Part shown: positions 37,939 through 48,510 of the stretch, piece by piece
How positions within the stretch are numbered: position 1 is the first letter of the stretch
Layout: every line of letters starts with the position of its first letter
From: Gammaproteobacteria bacterium
Lineage (GTDB): Bacteria > Pseudomonadota > Gammaproteobacteria > Eutrophobiales > Eutrophobiaceae
Reading direction: 5' to 3'
Length of the DNA stretch: 64,000 nucleotides
NCBI GenBank assembly: GCA_965205955.1
Contig: OZ242192.1
Coordinates: forward strand, 2,128,658-2,192,657
Program-made: the position numbers and the translations under genes
Notes under the pieces: model-generated
Seen by the model: the letters and a program-made list of their open reading frames with translations, nothing else
Database searches by the model: none
What the model was told of the DNA's origin: nothing

Positions 37939-39162
37939 ATGAACAGCAAGCAATATAAAAAAGTGGTACTCGCATATTCCGGAGGGCTGGACACCTCGGT
38001 GATCCTTGTCTGGCTGCAGGACAACTATCAATGCGAAGTCGTCACCTTCACGGCAGACATAGGCCAGGGCGAGGAAATTGAATCCGCCCGGGCCAAGGCG
38101 GAAAATTTTGGCGTACAGGAAATTTATATCGAAGATCTGAGCGAGGATTTTGTCAGCAATTATGTATATCCCATGCTACGCGCCAATGCCATCTATGAAG
38201 GCGAGTATCTTTTAGGCACGTCCATAGCCAGACCGTTGATCAGCAAAAGACTGGTCGAGATCGCCAATAAGACCGGCGCCGATGCAATCGCCCACGGCGC
38301 AACCGGCAAGGGAAATGACCAGGTTCGATTTGAAATCGGCGCGTATGCGCTCAATCCGGAAATAAAAGTGATTGCCCCATGGCGGGAATGGGAGCTCACT
38401 TCAAGGGAAAAACTGCTTGCCTATGCCGAGCAGCGCGGCATTCCCGTTGAGGCGAAACGCAAGGGAGGCTCTCCCTATTCGATGGATGCAAACCTTTTAC
38501 ACGTCTCCTACGAGGGAGGCCCGCTGGAAGATCCGTGGAACGAGCCGGAGGAATCCATCTGGCGCTGGACGGTATCGCCCGAGGCGGCGCCCGCCGAGGC
38601 CGGCTATATTGAACTGACTTTCAAGCACGGAGATGCCGTTGCCATCGACAACCGGCAGATGTCGCCCGCCTCCTTGTTGGCAAATCTCAATCAGATTGGC
38701 GCCGCCCACGGAGTAGGCCGCAGCGACATCGTCGAAAACCGCTGCATCGGCATGAAATCCAGAGGATGTTATGAAACACCCGGCGGCACGATCCTGCTGA
38801 AGGCGCACCGCGCGATGGAATCATTGACGCTCGACCGCGAGACCATGCACCTGAAGGATGATTTGATGCCGCGCTATGCCAGGATGATTTATGACGGCTA
38901 CTGGTGGAGCCCGGAACGTGAAGCCATACAGGCATTGATCGATAAATCCCAGGAACGGGTCAACGGCAGAGTCCGCCTCAAACTATATAAAGGAAACCTG
39001 ATGATAGTCGGCCGCCAATCCGATGACGACAGCCTGTTCAGTGAAGCAGCGGCCACCTTTGAAGATGATGCGGGCGCCTTTGATCAATCGGATGCCGAGG
39101 GTTTCATCAAGCTGAACGCACTGCGCCTGAAATTACTTGCCTCCAGAAAAAACAAATCCTGA
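37939..39162 (+). CDS. argG: argininosuccinate synthase
   Basis: 407 aa with [10 protein letters not shown], the [14 protein letters not shown] signature and [17 protein letters not shown]. Confidence 0.93.
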   Translation: MNSKQYKKVVLAYSGGLDTSVILVWLQDNYQCEVVTFTADIGQGEEIESARAKAENFGVQEIYIEDLSEDFVSNYVYPMLRANAIYEGEYLLGTSIARPLISKRLVEIANKTGADAIAHGATGKGNDQVRFEIGAYALNPEIKVIAPWREWELTSREKLLAYAEQRGIPVEAKRKGGSPYSMDANLLHVSYEGGPLEDPWNEPEESIWRWTVSPEAAPAEAGYIELTFKHGDAVAIDNRQMSPASLLANLNQIGAAHGVGRSDIVENRCIGMKSRGCYETPGGTILLKAHRAMESLTLDRETMHLKDDLMPRYARMIYDGYWWSPEREAIQALIDKSQERVNGRVRLKLYKGNLMIVGRQSDDDSLFSEAAATFEDDAGAFDQSDAEGFIKLNALRLKLLASRKNKS

Positions 39163-39172
39163 GGCAAATCAG

Positions 39173-40399
39173 CTATTTTATTTTCAGCAGCTTTGTCACC
39201 GGCTCAATCGTCGTCGCCTGCACGAACAAGGTATAGATAACCACGCCGTAGGCCATCGATTGAATCGTATACCAGTAGTCCAGGGATAAAGGCAGGGATA
39301 AGGCCAGGGCCAGGGTTACCGTCCCCCTCACACCACCCCAGACCAGAACCACCTGGTGCTTGACCGGCAGCCTTTCCTGACCCGGAAACCGGCATACCAA
39401 GGCCAACGGCACAAAAACAATTACCACACGCGACAGCACTACCGCGGCAATCGCGATTAGCATTGCCAGCCATTGATCAGTAAACATATCCAGGGTAATA
39501 GTGATACCCGCCATTAAAAAGATAAGGGTCTCACTGACAAACGACGCAAAATCCCATACAGAATGAATTTCCCCGCTCCTGTCCGCTGCATACTTATTCA
39601 CTCGGTTGCCGAAAACCAGTCCAGTGGTGAGCACTGCCATTACCCCCGACAGATGCAAAAATTTTTCCGCCAAAATATATACCCCATAGGCAAAGATCAC
39701 CGACAACAAGGTTTGCAGCCGCGCATTCACGATAAATCCCGAAATCCCGCATAAGACCACCACCGCCACAAGACCCAAAACAATTCCGCCCAGAAAAACA
39801 TAGCCAAGTTTCAGGACGCCGGCGGATAAGGTTATCGAACCCGAATCACCCGATACGGCTATTGCCAATATAACGCTGAACAGCACAATCGCCGTTGCAT
39901 CATTAAACAACGACTCCCCCTCCAGCAACATGCGAAGCCGGTCGGGCGTACCCGATTGCTTCAACAGAGACAGCACTGCGGAAGGATCCGTCGCAGACAA
40001 CAAGGCCCCAACCAGCAAGGCCGCAATCAACGGGAAACCACCCGGGTGGGCAATGCCAAAATATATCAATGCGCCGGTAATACCGGCGCCGAGCAGCATG
40101 AACGGGATCGCCAGCAACAATATAAGCGGCAGATTACTTCGCATCGATTTTATATCGAGTGACAAAGCCGCTCGAAATATGATAACCGGGATAAGTCCGT
40201 GAAATATCAGCTCATCAAAACTTTCCCAGTGTATCCCGGTATCGATACCCAGATGTTTGGTTATGATTTCAGATCCGGCAAACCCGATCAGGACCAGAAA
40301 AATCGGATACGGAACGTGGGTTTTCTTACTAAGGGGATAAGCCAGAACGGCGCATAGCAGGAGAACAAGAAAAAACAGAAAGGTACCGCTGACAAACAT
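39173..40399 (-). CDS. cation:proton antiporter (CPA1/NhaP-type Na+/H+ exchanger)
   Basis: 408 aa with about 11-12 TM helices and ...LSATDPSAVLSLL... and LLEGESLFNDATAIVLF motifs typical of Na+/H+ exchangers. Confidence 0.8.
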   Translation of the reverse strand: MFVSGTFLFFLVLLLCAVLAYPLSKKTHVPYPIFLVLIGFAGSEIITKHLGIDTGIHWESFDELIFHGLIPVIIFRAALSLDIKSMRSNLPLILLLAIPFMLLGAGITGALIYFGIAHPGGFPLIAALLVGALLSATDPSAVLSLLKQSGTPDRLRMLLEGESLFNDATAIVLFSVILAIAVSGDSGSITLSAGVLKLGYVFLGGIVLGLVAVVVLCGISGFIVNARLQTLLSVIFAYGVYILAEKFLHLSGVMAVLTTGLVFGNRVNKYAADRSGEIHSVWDFASFVSETLIFLMAGITITLDMFTDQWLAMLIAIAAVVLSRVVIVFVPLALVCRFPGQERLPVKHQVVLVWGGVRGTVTLALALSLPLSLDYWYTIQSMAYGVVIYTLFVQATTIEPVTKLLKIK

Positions 40400-40458
40400 A
40401 TCTTATTGCAGGGATACGACGGACACGGATACCACCGTGCCCATCATGGCGCCGAAAA

Positions 40459-41118
40459 TCACTCAGGCCTGAGTTTTTCGGCGATCCAGTAATCAACACT
40501 CACATATCTGCCGCCCCCTAAAAACACCAATGCCAGCAACATCAGGAAATAGGTCGCCGAAAATTCAATACCGTTTTTCAAAATCGTGACCGAGCCGTAT
40601 TCTGTAATCCACTCATAATTGGAATGCTGTTTTAGAACGTCCACGGCCTTTGCCTTTCTGACATTGGCCTCTTTTATCATATCCGCTCTCCATTCCCAGG
40701 GCACCATCAATTTGCCCTCCGGCAAGGCATGCCAGCCGTTTCCCCAATGAGCGGTAGTCGCGGCGATAATCATCGTGAACATCAGCGGAATAGCGATATA
40801 TCGGATCAACAAACCTGCCACCAAAAACCAGCCTCCCAGAAACTCGGTCCACCCTGCCATAAATGCCATCAGACCGGGCAAAGGCATTCCCAGCCCCCAT
40901 TCCGGGTTACCGAACCAGGCAACAACACTGGGATTAGCAGTAAATCGCTCAAAAAATCCCACGTCCGATGCGCCAAGCTGCAACTTGCCGTAGCCTGCCT
41001 TTATGAATATAGGCGCGAGAAAAATCCTCAATAACAAAGACGCACTGAAATCAACCGGCGCCCGCAACTTAGCAAAAATAGAATCTATAATATTACCCAA
41101 AGCAATCATGTTATTCAT
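40459..41118 (-). CDS. DoxX-family membrane protein (possibly the HvfX-type partner of the adjacent RiPP cluster)
   Basis: 219 aa, 4 TM helices, with the DoxX-like N-terminal motif LLLRIFLAPIFIKAGYGKL. It is co-directional with hvfABC. The assignment to the Hvf system is by context only. Confidence 0.5.
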   Translation of the reverse strand: MNNMIALGNIIDSIFAKLRAPVDFSASLLLRIFLAPIFIKAGYGKLQLGASDVGFFERFTANPSVVAWFGNPEWGLGMPLPGLMAFMAGWTEFLGGWFLVAGLLIRYIAIPLMFTMIIAATTAHWGNGWHALPEGKLMVPWEWRADMIKEANVRKAKAVDVLKQHSNYEWITEYGSVTILKNGIEFSATYFLMLLALVFLGGGRYVSVDYWIAEKLRPE

Positions 41119-41163
41119 TGTTCTTTGTTACCCCTGATTTCAATACCCATTACAATCCTGCAT

Positions 41164-42669
41164 CTACTGCGCCATTACAACGTCTGGATGCAGCTCACCC
41201 AACGAGACCGACAGCCCGTTATCCGTCACAATTCTTGCATGCACTCGCTGCAATTCCCTTGGAGACTTGACCCCGCATGAATGAGCAAGAATGCCCACCT
41301 CCTTTACTATATTTTTTGCATAATGCATTACACGAACAGCCTTATCCTCCGGGTCCAATCCTCTCTGTAACTGAAGTTTATGAGTGGTAATGCCCGTTGG
41401 ACAGGTATTCTTATTGCATTGTAACGCCTGAATGCAGCCCAGCGCAAACATAAAGCCCCGGGCCGAGGTCACAAAATCGGCGCCGACACAAAGCGCCCAT
41501 GCCACGTCGGCCGGTGTAACCAGCTTGCCGGAACTAATAACCCTGATCCGGTCACGCAGCCCATGCTCATACAATTTATCAACCAGCAGCGGCAAACTCT
41601 CACGCAATGGCAAACCCATATCATCCATAAGCGGCATTGGTGCCGCGCCTGTCCCGCCATCGGCGCCATCCACCGTAATAAAATCGGGAGCGGATTCGAT
41701 CCCGCGCTTATTCACCTCATTAAATAAATTATCCAGCCAGCCATACGCTCCAACCACCGCCTTGAAACCGACCGGCTTGCCGGTCACCTCCCGAATACGC
41801 GCAACCATATCCAGCAGATCTGCATTGGAATTGATATCGAGGTGGCGGTTGGGACTGATCGCATCCGAGCCCGGCTCAATACCGCGGATCTTGGCAATCT
41901 CGTCAGTGACTTTCCCGCCGGGCAAGATCCCGCCCTTACCCGGTTTTGCCCCCTGACTCAACTTGATCTCGACCATCTTCAATTGCTCATGCGCGGCAAC
42001 CTGCTTCAGCTTTTCATCGCTAAGATTGCCATCCAGATCGCGCGCGCCATTTTTGGCCGTGCCGATTTGAAACACAATATCCCCCCCCCCTTCCAGGTGA
42101 TAGGGAGACACCCCTCCCTCGCCGGTATTCATCCAGCAACCCGCCATACGGGCGCCCTTGGATAAAGCCAGCACGGCCGGCCTTGAAATAGCGCCATAAC
42201 TCATACCTGAGATATTAAACAGGGATGAAGTAGTATAAGGCTTATCGCTATACGGCCCAATGGTAACAGGGGTAGGATCCACCGCATCCTGATCCAGGGT
42301 AGGAAACGGACAATTGACAAACAGCACCGTGCCCGGCGGCCGCAAATCCCTGGTAGAGCCAAAGGCCGTAGTATTATCTATATTCTTTGCCGCACGATAG
42401 GCCCAGGATCGCTGGGCGCGGTTGAAGGGCAATTCTTCCCGGTCCATTGCGAAAAAATACTGCCTGAAAAATTCGCCCAGATGTTCGAAATAATACCTGA
42501 AATGGCCAACAACCGGGTAATTGCGCCGTATCGCCTGCTTCGTTTGGGTAACATCGAGAATATAAATAACAGCGACGGCAAGCACCAGAAGCCCGATAAT
42601 AAAAATGAACAATGCCGCCATAAACTCGAGTGTCGACATTAAAAACGTTTGCATTTGTCCTGAAATCAT
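41164..42669 (-). CDS. FMN-binding glutamate synthase-related protein (GltB domain-2 / Glu_synthase family) with N-terminal TM anchor
   Basis: 501 aa. N-terminal hydrophobic helix. GMSYGAIS, the FMN/TIM-barrel region ...ITVDGADGGTGAAP... and SSGKLVTPADVAWALCVGADFV, then a CxxxxC segment (GCIQALQCNKNTCPTGI). Confidence 0.75.
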   Translation of the reverse strand: MISGQMQTFLMSTLEFMAALFIFIIGLLVLAVAVIYILDVTQTKQAIRRNYPVVGHFRYYFEHLGEFFRQYFFAMDREELPFNRAQRSWAYRAAKNIDNTTAFGSTRDLRPPGTVLFVNCPFPTLDQDAVDPTPVTIGPYSDKPYTTSSLFNISGMSYGAISRPAVLALSKGARMAGCWMNTGEGGVSPYHLEGGGDIVFQIGTAKNGARDLDGNLSDEKLKQVAAHEQLKMVEIKLSQGAKPGKGGILPGGKVTDEIAKIRGIEPGSDAISPNRHLDINSNADLLDMVARIREVTGKPVGFKAVVGAYGWLDNLFNEVNKRGIESAPDFITVDGADGGTGAAPMPLMDDMGLPLRESLPLLVDKLYEHGLRDRIRVISSGKLVTPADVAWALCVGADFVTSARGFMFALGCIQALQCNKNTCPTGITTHKLQLQRGLDPEDKAVRVMHYAKNIVKEVGILAHSCGVKSPRELQRVHARIVTDNGLSVSLGELHPDVVMAQ

Positions 42670-42789
42670 TGGCTGACTCCTAATTCAGCGGGAATATGGT
42701 TTTATCTTATCACCTTGCCCAGTATCCCGACAAGCAAAAAACAGCGAAACCTTTATCCCGCAAACCTGTAAAAACGACTCTATATCAAA

Positions 42790-43575
42790 TCAAGCCTTGA
42801 TACCCAGTATAATATCCTTCTCTAAAAATTTCCGCATAATATCGAACCCTCCCCGCACCACCGATTCGGGATTGGGATGATCCAGCGCGCCGGCAATACT
42901 CATCAGAATTTCATGACCGGTTTTTTCTTCCTCAGACTGAAGACACTCAATCAATTTTGCCGATACCACATTTAGCTCTATAAAGCCATGTGCGTGATTG
43001 CGTTTCCGGTAAACGAGCAGATAAGTCGGAGCATCAGGCAGCTCGGTCGGAATATAATCACGACTGATTCTATGCACCGGCCAATGATAAGCCAGAGGAA
43101 TTATCAATGGATTCACAACCGGAATACCCTCCAGCAAATCGCCGTCCCGGGCAATTCCCTCGGTTGGCGCAGACCTGTTGTCAAAAATTATTGACGACTC
43201 AACCCATTCATAATGCGCCAACTCAACCATGAAAGGATAATCGCCATCGTTATACCCGCGCTGTTCAAGATACTCGATAAATTCCTTGCTTAGTTTTGGA
43301 AAATACGGGGTATGCGCCTTATGATTTTTGAAATAATCGCGAATCATCGTATGCCAGTCCCGGTCATTGATAATCTTTCGCAAGACCGGAAACCCCTCCG
43401 CGATAAAACCTTCCACATTCCGATACAAGAGATCACGATAAATCTCCATACGGCGGTCTTCTATATCGCCGGGCGCCGGTTTATTATCAGGATCACGAAT
43501 ATGCTGCGTGAAACCGTATTGAACCCGTTGAAAATGATCAGGCGCTTTGTTGTCTTGCGCCTGCATGACCGGCAT
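42790..43575 (-). CDS. hvfC: DUF2063-family RiPP maturase partner (HvfC/MbnC-like)
   Basis: N-terminal [15 protein letters not shown]...[24 protein letters not shown] is the DUF2063 pattern. I place the start at ATG 43575, which overlaps the hvfB 3' end by 38 nt. The tracked start is 43620. Confidence 0.7.
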   Translation of the reverse strand: MPVMQAQDNKAPDHFQRVQYGFTQHIRDPDNKPAPGDIEDRRMEIYRDLLYRNVEGFIAEGFPVLRKIINDRDWHTMIRDYFKNHKAHTPYFPKLSKEFIEYLEQRGYNDGDYPFMVELAHYEWVESSIIFDNRSAPTEGIARDGDLLEGIPVVNPLIIPLAYHWPVHRISRDYIPTELPDAPTYLLVYRKRNHAHGFIELNVVSAKLIECLQSEEEKTGHEILMSIAGALDHPNPESVVRGGFDIMRKFLEKDIILGIKA

Positions 43576-44386
43576 CAGACTGAATCGCGGTAACAATCCC
43601 CGCCTCATCCAGCAACTCATTCAATGGAGGGATATTGAAATCACGCTCCAGCAGTGTAGGAAACACACCAAAATGATCATAGGCAACCCGCAGCAGATCC
43701 CACACCGGATCGATCACACTCGCCCCGTGGGTATCCACCCTCAGATCTTCATATTCCTTATAATGACCGGCGATATGCCCGTAGGCGATACGATTTCCCG
43801 GCAACGACTTCAGATACTCTTCCGCATCATAACGATGGTTAATACTATTCACATATATATTATTAATATCCAGCAAAAGGCTGCAATCCGCTTCATCCAG
43901 AACCGCATTGATAAAATCTATTTCGGACATTTCCTGCCCGGGTGCCGCATAATAGGACACATTCTCTATCGCTATTCTCCTTCCCGTTATCTCCTGCGTT
44001 CTTATTATTCTTTGCGCAACATAACGCACCGCTTCTTCGGTAAAAGGGATAGGCATAAGATCATAAAGATGACCGTCATCGGCGCAATAACTCAAATGCT
44101 CGCTATAACAACGTACCTTATATCGATCGAGAAATTGCCGGACTTTTCCCAGAAAAGCCTCATCCAACGGCGCCGGACCCCCAAGATTCAGCGAGAGTCC
44201 ATGACAAACAAACGGCATTCTTTCGGCAATCCCATCAAACATACTGCCAAACCGGCCGCCTACATCGATCCAGTTTTCCGGAGCCACCTCCATGAAATCG
44301 ACCGACGCAAGAGAGTGGTTTGCGGCAGCCGTAACAAACGCCCGCCGCAAACCAAGACCTGTACCGTGTACAGAATACTCACTCAT
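43538..44386 (-). CDS. hvfB: DUF692 / MNIO-family (MbnB-like) multinuclear iron oxidase, HvfB-type RiPP maturase
   Basis: 282 aa with GLGLRRAF...[10 protein letters not shown]...SEHLS... and a TIM-barrel-like DUF692 pattern. It lies immediately downstream of the Cys-repeat precursor. Confidence 0.75.
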   Translation of the reverse strand: MSEYSVHGTGLGLRRAFVTAAANHSLASVDFMEVAPENWIDVGGRFGSMFDGIAERMPFVCHGLSLNLGGPAPLDEAFLGKVRQFLDRYKVRCYSEHLSYCADDGHLYDLMPIPFTEEAVRYVAQRIIRTQEITGRRIAIENVSYYAAPGQEMSEIDFINAVLDEADCSLLLDINNIYVNSINHRYDAEEYLKSLPGNRIAYGHIAGHYKEYEDLRVDTHGASVIDPVWDLLRVAYDHFGVFPTLLERDFNIPPLNELLDEAGIVTAIQSDAGHAGARQQSA

Positions 44387-44425
44387 TCAAATTAAAATCA
44401 AAGTTGAGTTTGACAAGCAGCGTCC

Positions 44426-44953
44426 TTACTCCTTCTTATCGCCGCACTTGCCTTCACCGCACTTACCTTCGGCTTCCTTCTTGTCGCCGCACTTGCCTTC
44501 ACCACACTTGCCTTCGCCTTCCTTCTTGTCGCCGCACTTGCCTTCACCACACTCCCCTTCGGCTTTCTTCTTGTCGCCGCACTTTCCTTCACCACACTCA
44601 CCTTCGGCTTTCTTACTGTCGCCGCACTTTCCTTCACCACACTCCCCTTCGGCTTTCTTCTTGTCGCCGCACTTTCCTTCACCACACTCACCTTCGGCTT
44701 TCTTACTGTCGCCGCACTTTCCTTCACCACACTCACCTTCGGCTTTCTTACTGTCGCCGCACTTTCCTTCACCACACTCACCTTCGGCTTTCTTACTGTC
44801 TTCGCCTGCAACCATATAACCGCCGTTCGACAACTCATTCATACTGAACGGATTATCGGCGGCATTGATGACCGGGCTGGCGGTCAGCGAGACCGCAAAA
44901 ACTGTGCCCATCGCAAGTACCAAAGGTTTTAGATTCTTTTTATTGTCTGACAT
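44426..44953 (-). CDS. hvfA: HvfA-family secreted Cys-repeat RiPP precursor (predicted oxazolone/thioamide metallophore protein)
   Basis: AGGAGG RBS about 7 nt upstream of ATG 44953. Sec signal (MSDNKKNLKPLVLAMGTVFAVSLTASPVINA), then NPFSMNELSNGGYMV, then 8 units of KKAEG(E/K)CGEGKCGD(S/K), giving 16 Cys. Confidence 0.8.
   Translation of the reverse strand: MSDNKKNLKPLVLAMGTVFAVSLTASPVINAADNPFSMNELSNGGYMVAGEDSKKAEGECGEGKCGDSKKAEGECGEGKCGDSKKAEGECGEGKCGDKKKAEGECGEGKCGDSKKAEGECGEGKCGDKKKAEGECGEGKCGDKKEGEGKCGEGKCGDKKEAEGKCGEGKCGDKKE
44429..44797 (-). repeat. eight tandem 45-bp coding repeats inside hvfA
   Basis: Near-identical 45-nt units (e.g. cttcttgtcgccgcactttccttcaccacact[cC]ccttcggcttt). 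All three frames on both strands stay open, which creates the spurious ORFs 44292..44819, 44404..44847 and 44398..44838. Confidence 0.9.
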
Positions 44954-45152
44954 TGAAAAATCCTCCTGATTCACTAGTGAAAATTGACCCCAACAGGGAT
45001 ATTAAAAAACAACTACTCTTCAAGTAATCCTGAATTATAGCCTAAAGAAACAAAATGTATAAAATAAAAAAACAAATCTATCTTTCATTACAATTATAAC
45101 TGACTTTATTACCAGCGAAAAGTTTCCGGCAGGAAAAATATACCGGCGGCGC

Positions 45153-46655
45153 TCAGCCGTCCGCCGGCGTCTTTCGCACCGGACGCATATGCGGAAACAG
45201 AATCACATCCCGTATAGAATACGAATCGGTCAACAGCATAACCAACCGGTCAATACCCACGCCCTCTCCGGCCGTTGGCGGCATACCATATTCCAGCGCG
45301 GCAATATACTCTTCATCAAAATGCATCGCCTCCGCATCACCGGCCTTCCTCGCCCGTGCCTGTCCGTGGAAACGCTCAGCCTGATCTTCGGGATCATTCA
45401 ATTCGGAAAACCCATTGGCAATCTCCCGCCCGCCAATAAAAAACTCAAACCTGTCGGCTACCGAAGGATCATCCGTATTCCTGCGCGCCAGCGGAGAAAC
45501 TTCAATCGGATAGGCAGTGATAAAAGCAGGCTGCATCAACCTGGACTCCACTGTTTTTTCAAAAATTTCCGTTTGGATCTTCCCCAGTCCGTACTCATCT
45601 TCCAGCGGGATCTCAAGATCCTTTGCCAGCGCGCGGATTTTTTCCATGCTCATTAGCTGCTCCCTGGCCACGCCCTCATTATAATGCAGGATCGAATCAA
45701 TCAAGCTCATCCTCACAAACGGCCGGCCCAAATCATACTCCTCACCCTGATAGACCAGCCTGTCCGAACCGCCAAGCTCACGCGCCAGCCGGCGCAGCAG
45801 ATCCTCCGTCAGATCCATCAGATCATGATAATCCGCATAAGCCTGGTAGAACTCCAGCATCGTGAACTCGGCATTATGCTTTGGAGACAGCCCCTCATTT
45901 CGGAAACTGCGATTGATCTCAAAAACCCGCTCCATTCCCCCGATCACCAGCCGCTTCAGATACAGCTCAGGCGCAACACGCAAATACAACTCCATATCCA
46001 GACTATTATGATGCGTCACAAAAGGACGGGCCGCCGCACCCCCGGGAATAGCATGCATCATCGGAGTCTCCACCTCCGCAAAGCGCCGCTCCTTCAGATA
46101 GCCCCGCACAAAATCGATCACCCGCGCGCGCACCGCAAACACCCGGCGCGCACCCTCATTCACAACCAGATCCAGATAACGCTGACGATAACGCGCCTCC
46201 TGATCCGTCAACCCGTGAAACTTCTCCGGCAACGGCCGCAATGACTTACTCAGCAGCCGCACCGCAGCCACCTTCACGCTCAACTCCCCCTTATTCGTTT
46301 TCATCAACACACCCTCGGCGCCGACGATATCTCCCACGTCCCACCGCTTAAATTCAGCATAGGCGCCTTCGGCCAGCCCGTCACGGCTCACATACAACTG
46401 GATCCTGCCCGACATATCCTGCAAATCAGCAAAAGCAGCCTTGCCCATCACCCTCCGGCTCATCATACGCCCCGCCACCGACACCCTCAGCGACTCTTCC
46501 TCAAGCCTCTCCCTGGGCGCATCCCCATGCGCCTGCTGCAGATCCAGCGCAAAATTTTCCCGCCGGAAATCATTCGGAAACGCATTACCCCCCGCCCGCA
46601 GCTCTTGCAGACGTTCCCGCCGCCGGGCAACCAGATCACTCTCAGTACCGCTCAT
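45153..46655 (-). CDS. lysS: lysine--tRNA ligase (class II)
   Basis: 500 aa with [26 protein letters not shown] and class II motifs 2 and 3 (GGAAARPF..., [10 protein letters not shown]). Downstream of prfB as in E. coli. Confidence 0.93.
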   Translation of the reverse strand: MSGTESDLVARRRERLQELRAGGNAFPNDFRRENFALDLQQAHGDAPRERLEEESLRVSVAGRMMSRRVMGKAAFADLQDMSGRIQLYVSRDGLAEGAYAEFKRWDVGDIVGAEGVLMKTNKGELSVKVAAVRLLSKSLRPLPEKFHGLTDQEARYRQRYLDLVVNEGARRVFAVRARVIDFVRGYLKERRFAEVETPMMHAIPGGAAARPFVTHHNSLDMELYLRVAPELYLKRLVIGGMERVFEINRSFRNEGLSPKHNAEFTMLEFYQAYADYHDLMDLTEDLLRRLARELGGSDRLVYQGEEYDLGRPFVRMSLIDSILHYNEGVAREQLMSMEKIRALAKDLEIPLEDEYGLGKIQTEIFEKTVESRLMQPAFITAYPIEVSPLARRNTDDPSVADRFEFFIGGREIANGFSELNDPEDQAERFHGQARARKAGDAEAMHFDEEYIAALEYGMPPTAGEGVGIDRLVMLLTDSYSIRDVILFPHMRPVRKTPADG

Positions 46656-46672
46656 ACCCTTTCCACGACGGC

Positions 46673-47770
46673 CTAAAACCCCGCCTTCAGACTTGCCTCC
46701 ATAAATTGATCCAAATCACCATCCAGCACCCTCTGGGTATTCCCGGTCTCCACCCCGGTTCTCAGATCCTTGATCCGCGACTGATCAAGCACATAAGAGC
46801 GGATCTGGCTGCCCCAGCTAATATCCGCCTTACTCTCCTCCAGCGTCCGTCTCTTCTCATCCATCCTCTCGACCTCCAGCTCATACAACCTGGCGCGCAA
46901 CTGCTTCATTGCCTGCTCCCGGTTCTTATGCTGCGAACGATCATTCTGACACTGCACCACCACACCGGTAGGAACATGCGTCAACCGCACCGCAGAATCA
47001 GTCTTATTCACATGTTGCCCACCCGCCCCGCTCGCCCGGTACGTATCCGTACGCACCTCGGCCGGATTGATCGCGATCTCCACATTATCCTCGATCTCCG
47101 GCGACACAAACACCGAAGCAAACGAAGTATGCCGGCGGTTTCCCGAATCAAAAGGCGACTTTCTCACCAGCCTGTGCACCCCGGCCTCGGTTCTCAACCA
47201 GCCAAAGGCATACTCCCCCTCATACCTCACCGTAGCCCCCTTGATCCCCGCCACTTCACCCGGGGATGCCTGGATCAAAGCAGTCTTGAAATCATGCTGC
47301 TCCCCCCAACGCAGATACATACGCAGCAACATCTCCGCCCAATCCTGGGCCTCCGTACCGCCCGACCCCGACTGAACGTCGAGGTAGGCATTATTCGCAT
47401 CCATATCCCCGGAAAACATCCGCAGAAACTCCAGACCGGCAAGTTTCCTCTCACACCTGCCCAGATCATCACACACAGAATCCACCGCTTCCCGGTCCTG
47501 CTCCTCTTCCGCCAGCAGCAGCAACGTATCCGTCTCATCCAGAACCCTTTGAATACCTCTCATCGTCTCAACAACCCGCTCCAATGCCGCCCGCTCCTTA
47601 CCAAGCTGCCGCGCCTTTTCCTGATCACCCCAGCTATTCGGATCTTCCAACTCCAGCCTCACCTCATCCAGCCTCTCGCACTTCCGATCGTATTCCAACA
47701 CCTCCCGCAGCAAATCCCCGCGCCGGCGCAGATCGCGGATCTGCGCCCTGGTCGAATTAATCTCCGCCAT
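46673..47770 (-). CDS. prfB: peptide chain release factor 2, single uninterrupted frame
   Basis: The start at ATG 47770 gives [14 protein letters not shown].... The SPF motif (RKSPFDSG) and GGQ motif ([11 protein letters not shown]) are present. The frame is continuous through the usual frameshift position ([12 protein letters not shown]). Confidence 0.9.
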   Translation of the reverse strand: MAEINSTRAQIRDLRRRGDLLREVLEYDRKCERLDEVRLELEDPNSWGDQEKARQLGKERAALERVVETMRGIQRVLDETDTLLLLAEEEQDREAVDSVCDDLGRCERKLAGLEFLRMFSGDMDANNAYLDVQSGSGGTEAQDWAEMLLRMYLRWGEQHDFKTALIQASPGEVAGIKGATVRYEGEYAFGWLRTEAGVHRLVRKSPFDSGNRRHTSFASVFVSPEIEDNVEIAINPAEVRTDTYRASGAGGQHVNKTDSAVRLTHVPTGVVVQCQNDRSQHKNREQAMKQLRARLYELEVERMDEKRRTLEESKADISWGSQIRSYVLDQSRIKDLRTGVETGNTQRVLDGDLDQFMEASLKAGF

Positions 47771-47859
47771 TGAACCAAAACCCATCCGCCAGGGCACACC
47801 TGCCTGTTGACTCCATCAACATTCCTCACTGCAAAAACCGCCTATGCTATCACCTTTAT

Positions 47860-48270
47860 CAATCAAGGGATAAATCTTTCGCAGACACAGCCGGGGTGGC
47901 CTCCTTCCCCCTCACCCCGGCCCTCTCCCACAGGGAGAGGGAGAAACCTGAATAAAAGCCTTCAATCCAAACCCCCCCAGCCCCCCTTGTCAGTGGGGAG
48001 TAAAACCAGGCTACACTTGCCCTGTCGCCGCTATTCCTGCAAAAGATTTATCCCCTGACCTGAGTACATTCCTGTCCCTCGTTTTAACACATACAAGAAG
48101 CCCACCCTGACAAGGGGGGGTTGGGGGGGTTGGGGTTTGGTGGTTCGGGGAATTAAAACCAGTACGACCACACTTCAAACCCCCCCAGCCCCCCTTGTCA
48201 GTGGGGTGAGGCCCGCCAACTCCCCTCTCCCTTTGGGAGAGGGCCGGGGTGAGGGTGGGAACCATCCGGG
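47860..48270. repeat. intergenic mosaic of short palindromic (REP/MITE-like) repeats
   Basis: GGGATAAATCTTTCGCAG (47867-47884) is the inverse of CCTGCAAAAGATTTATCCCCTGACCTGAG (48036-48064). CTCACCCCGGCCCTCTCCCACAGGGAGAGGGAG (47911-47943) is the inverse of CTCTCCCTTTGGGAGAGGGCCGGGGTGAGGGTGGG (48225-48259). CCCCCAGCCCCCCTTGTCAGTGGGG occurs twice in direct orientation (about 47967 and 48181) and once inverted (about 48100-48135). Confidence 0.85.
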
Positions 48271-48510
48271 GTGAGGGTGAAAATCCATCGTGGAATTTTT
48301 TTTACCAAAAAGATTTGATACACTGCAAAAATCCGCTATCATTCCCAATAGCGTATTGCAATAAAAATGCCGAAAGATTTTCAATTACTAAACTACTCTA
48401 GTGAGACGGAGACTATGAAAGATACCAATATAGACCAGGCTGCAAGCATAACAGTGTCCACCCCCACCCCCCGAAAATATGACCGGCTGCACAAGCGGCA
48501 GGGGAACCTC

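Noticed and set aside
43547-44395. A 282-aa plus-strand ORF exactly antisense to hvfB. Similar full-length antisense ORFs lie opposite prfB (46706..47773), rpoD (10533..11570), lysS (45189..46244), the radical SAM gene (8372..8992), purM (32383..32958) and arsC/wrbA (36241..36927).
   Set aside because: The opposite-strand genes have clear conserved motifs. These mirror ORFs have none and show biased, Arg/Ile/His-rich composition.
44292-44847. Three extra ORFs over the hvfA repeats (44292..44819 +, 44404..44847 +, 44398..44838 -), and the thought that the regular 45-bp periodicity could be a CRISPR array.
   Set aside because: The repeats are contiguous with no unique spacers, so this is not a CRISPR. 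Only the frame giving signal peptide + NPF motif + EGxCG units has an RBS and matches a known family. The other frames are open simply because the repeat lacks stops.
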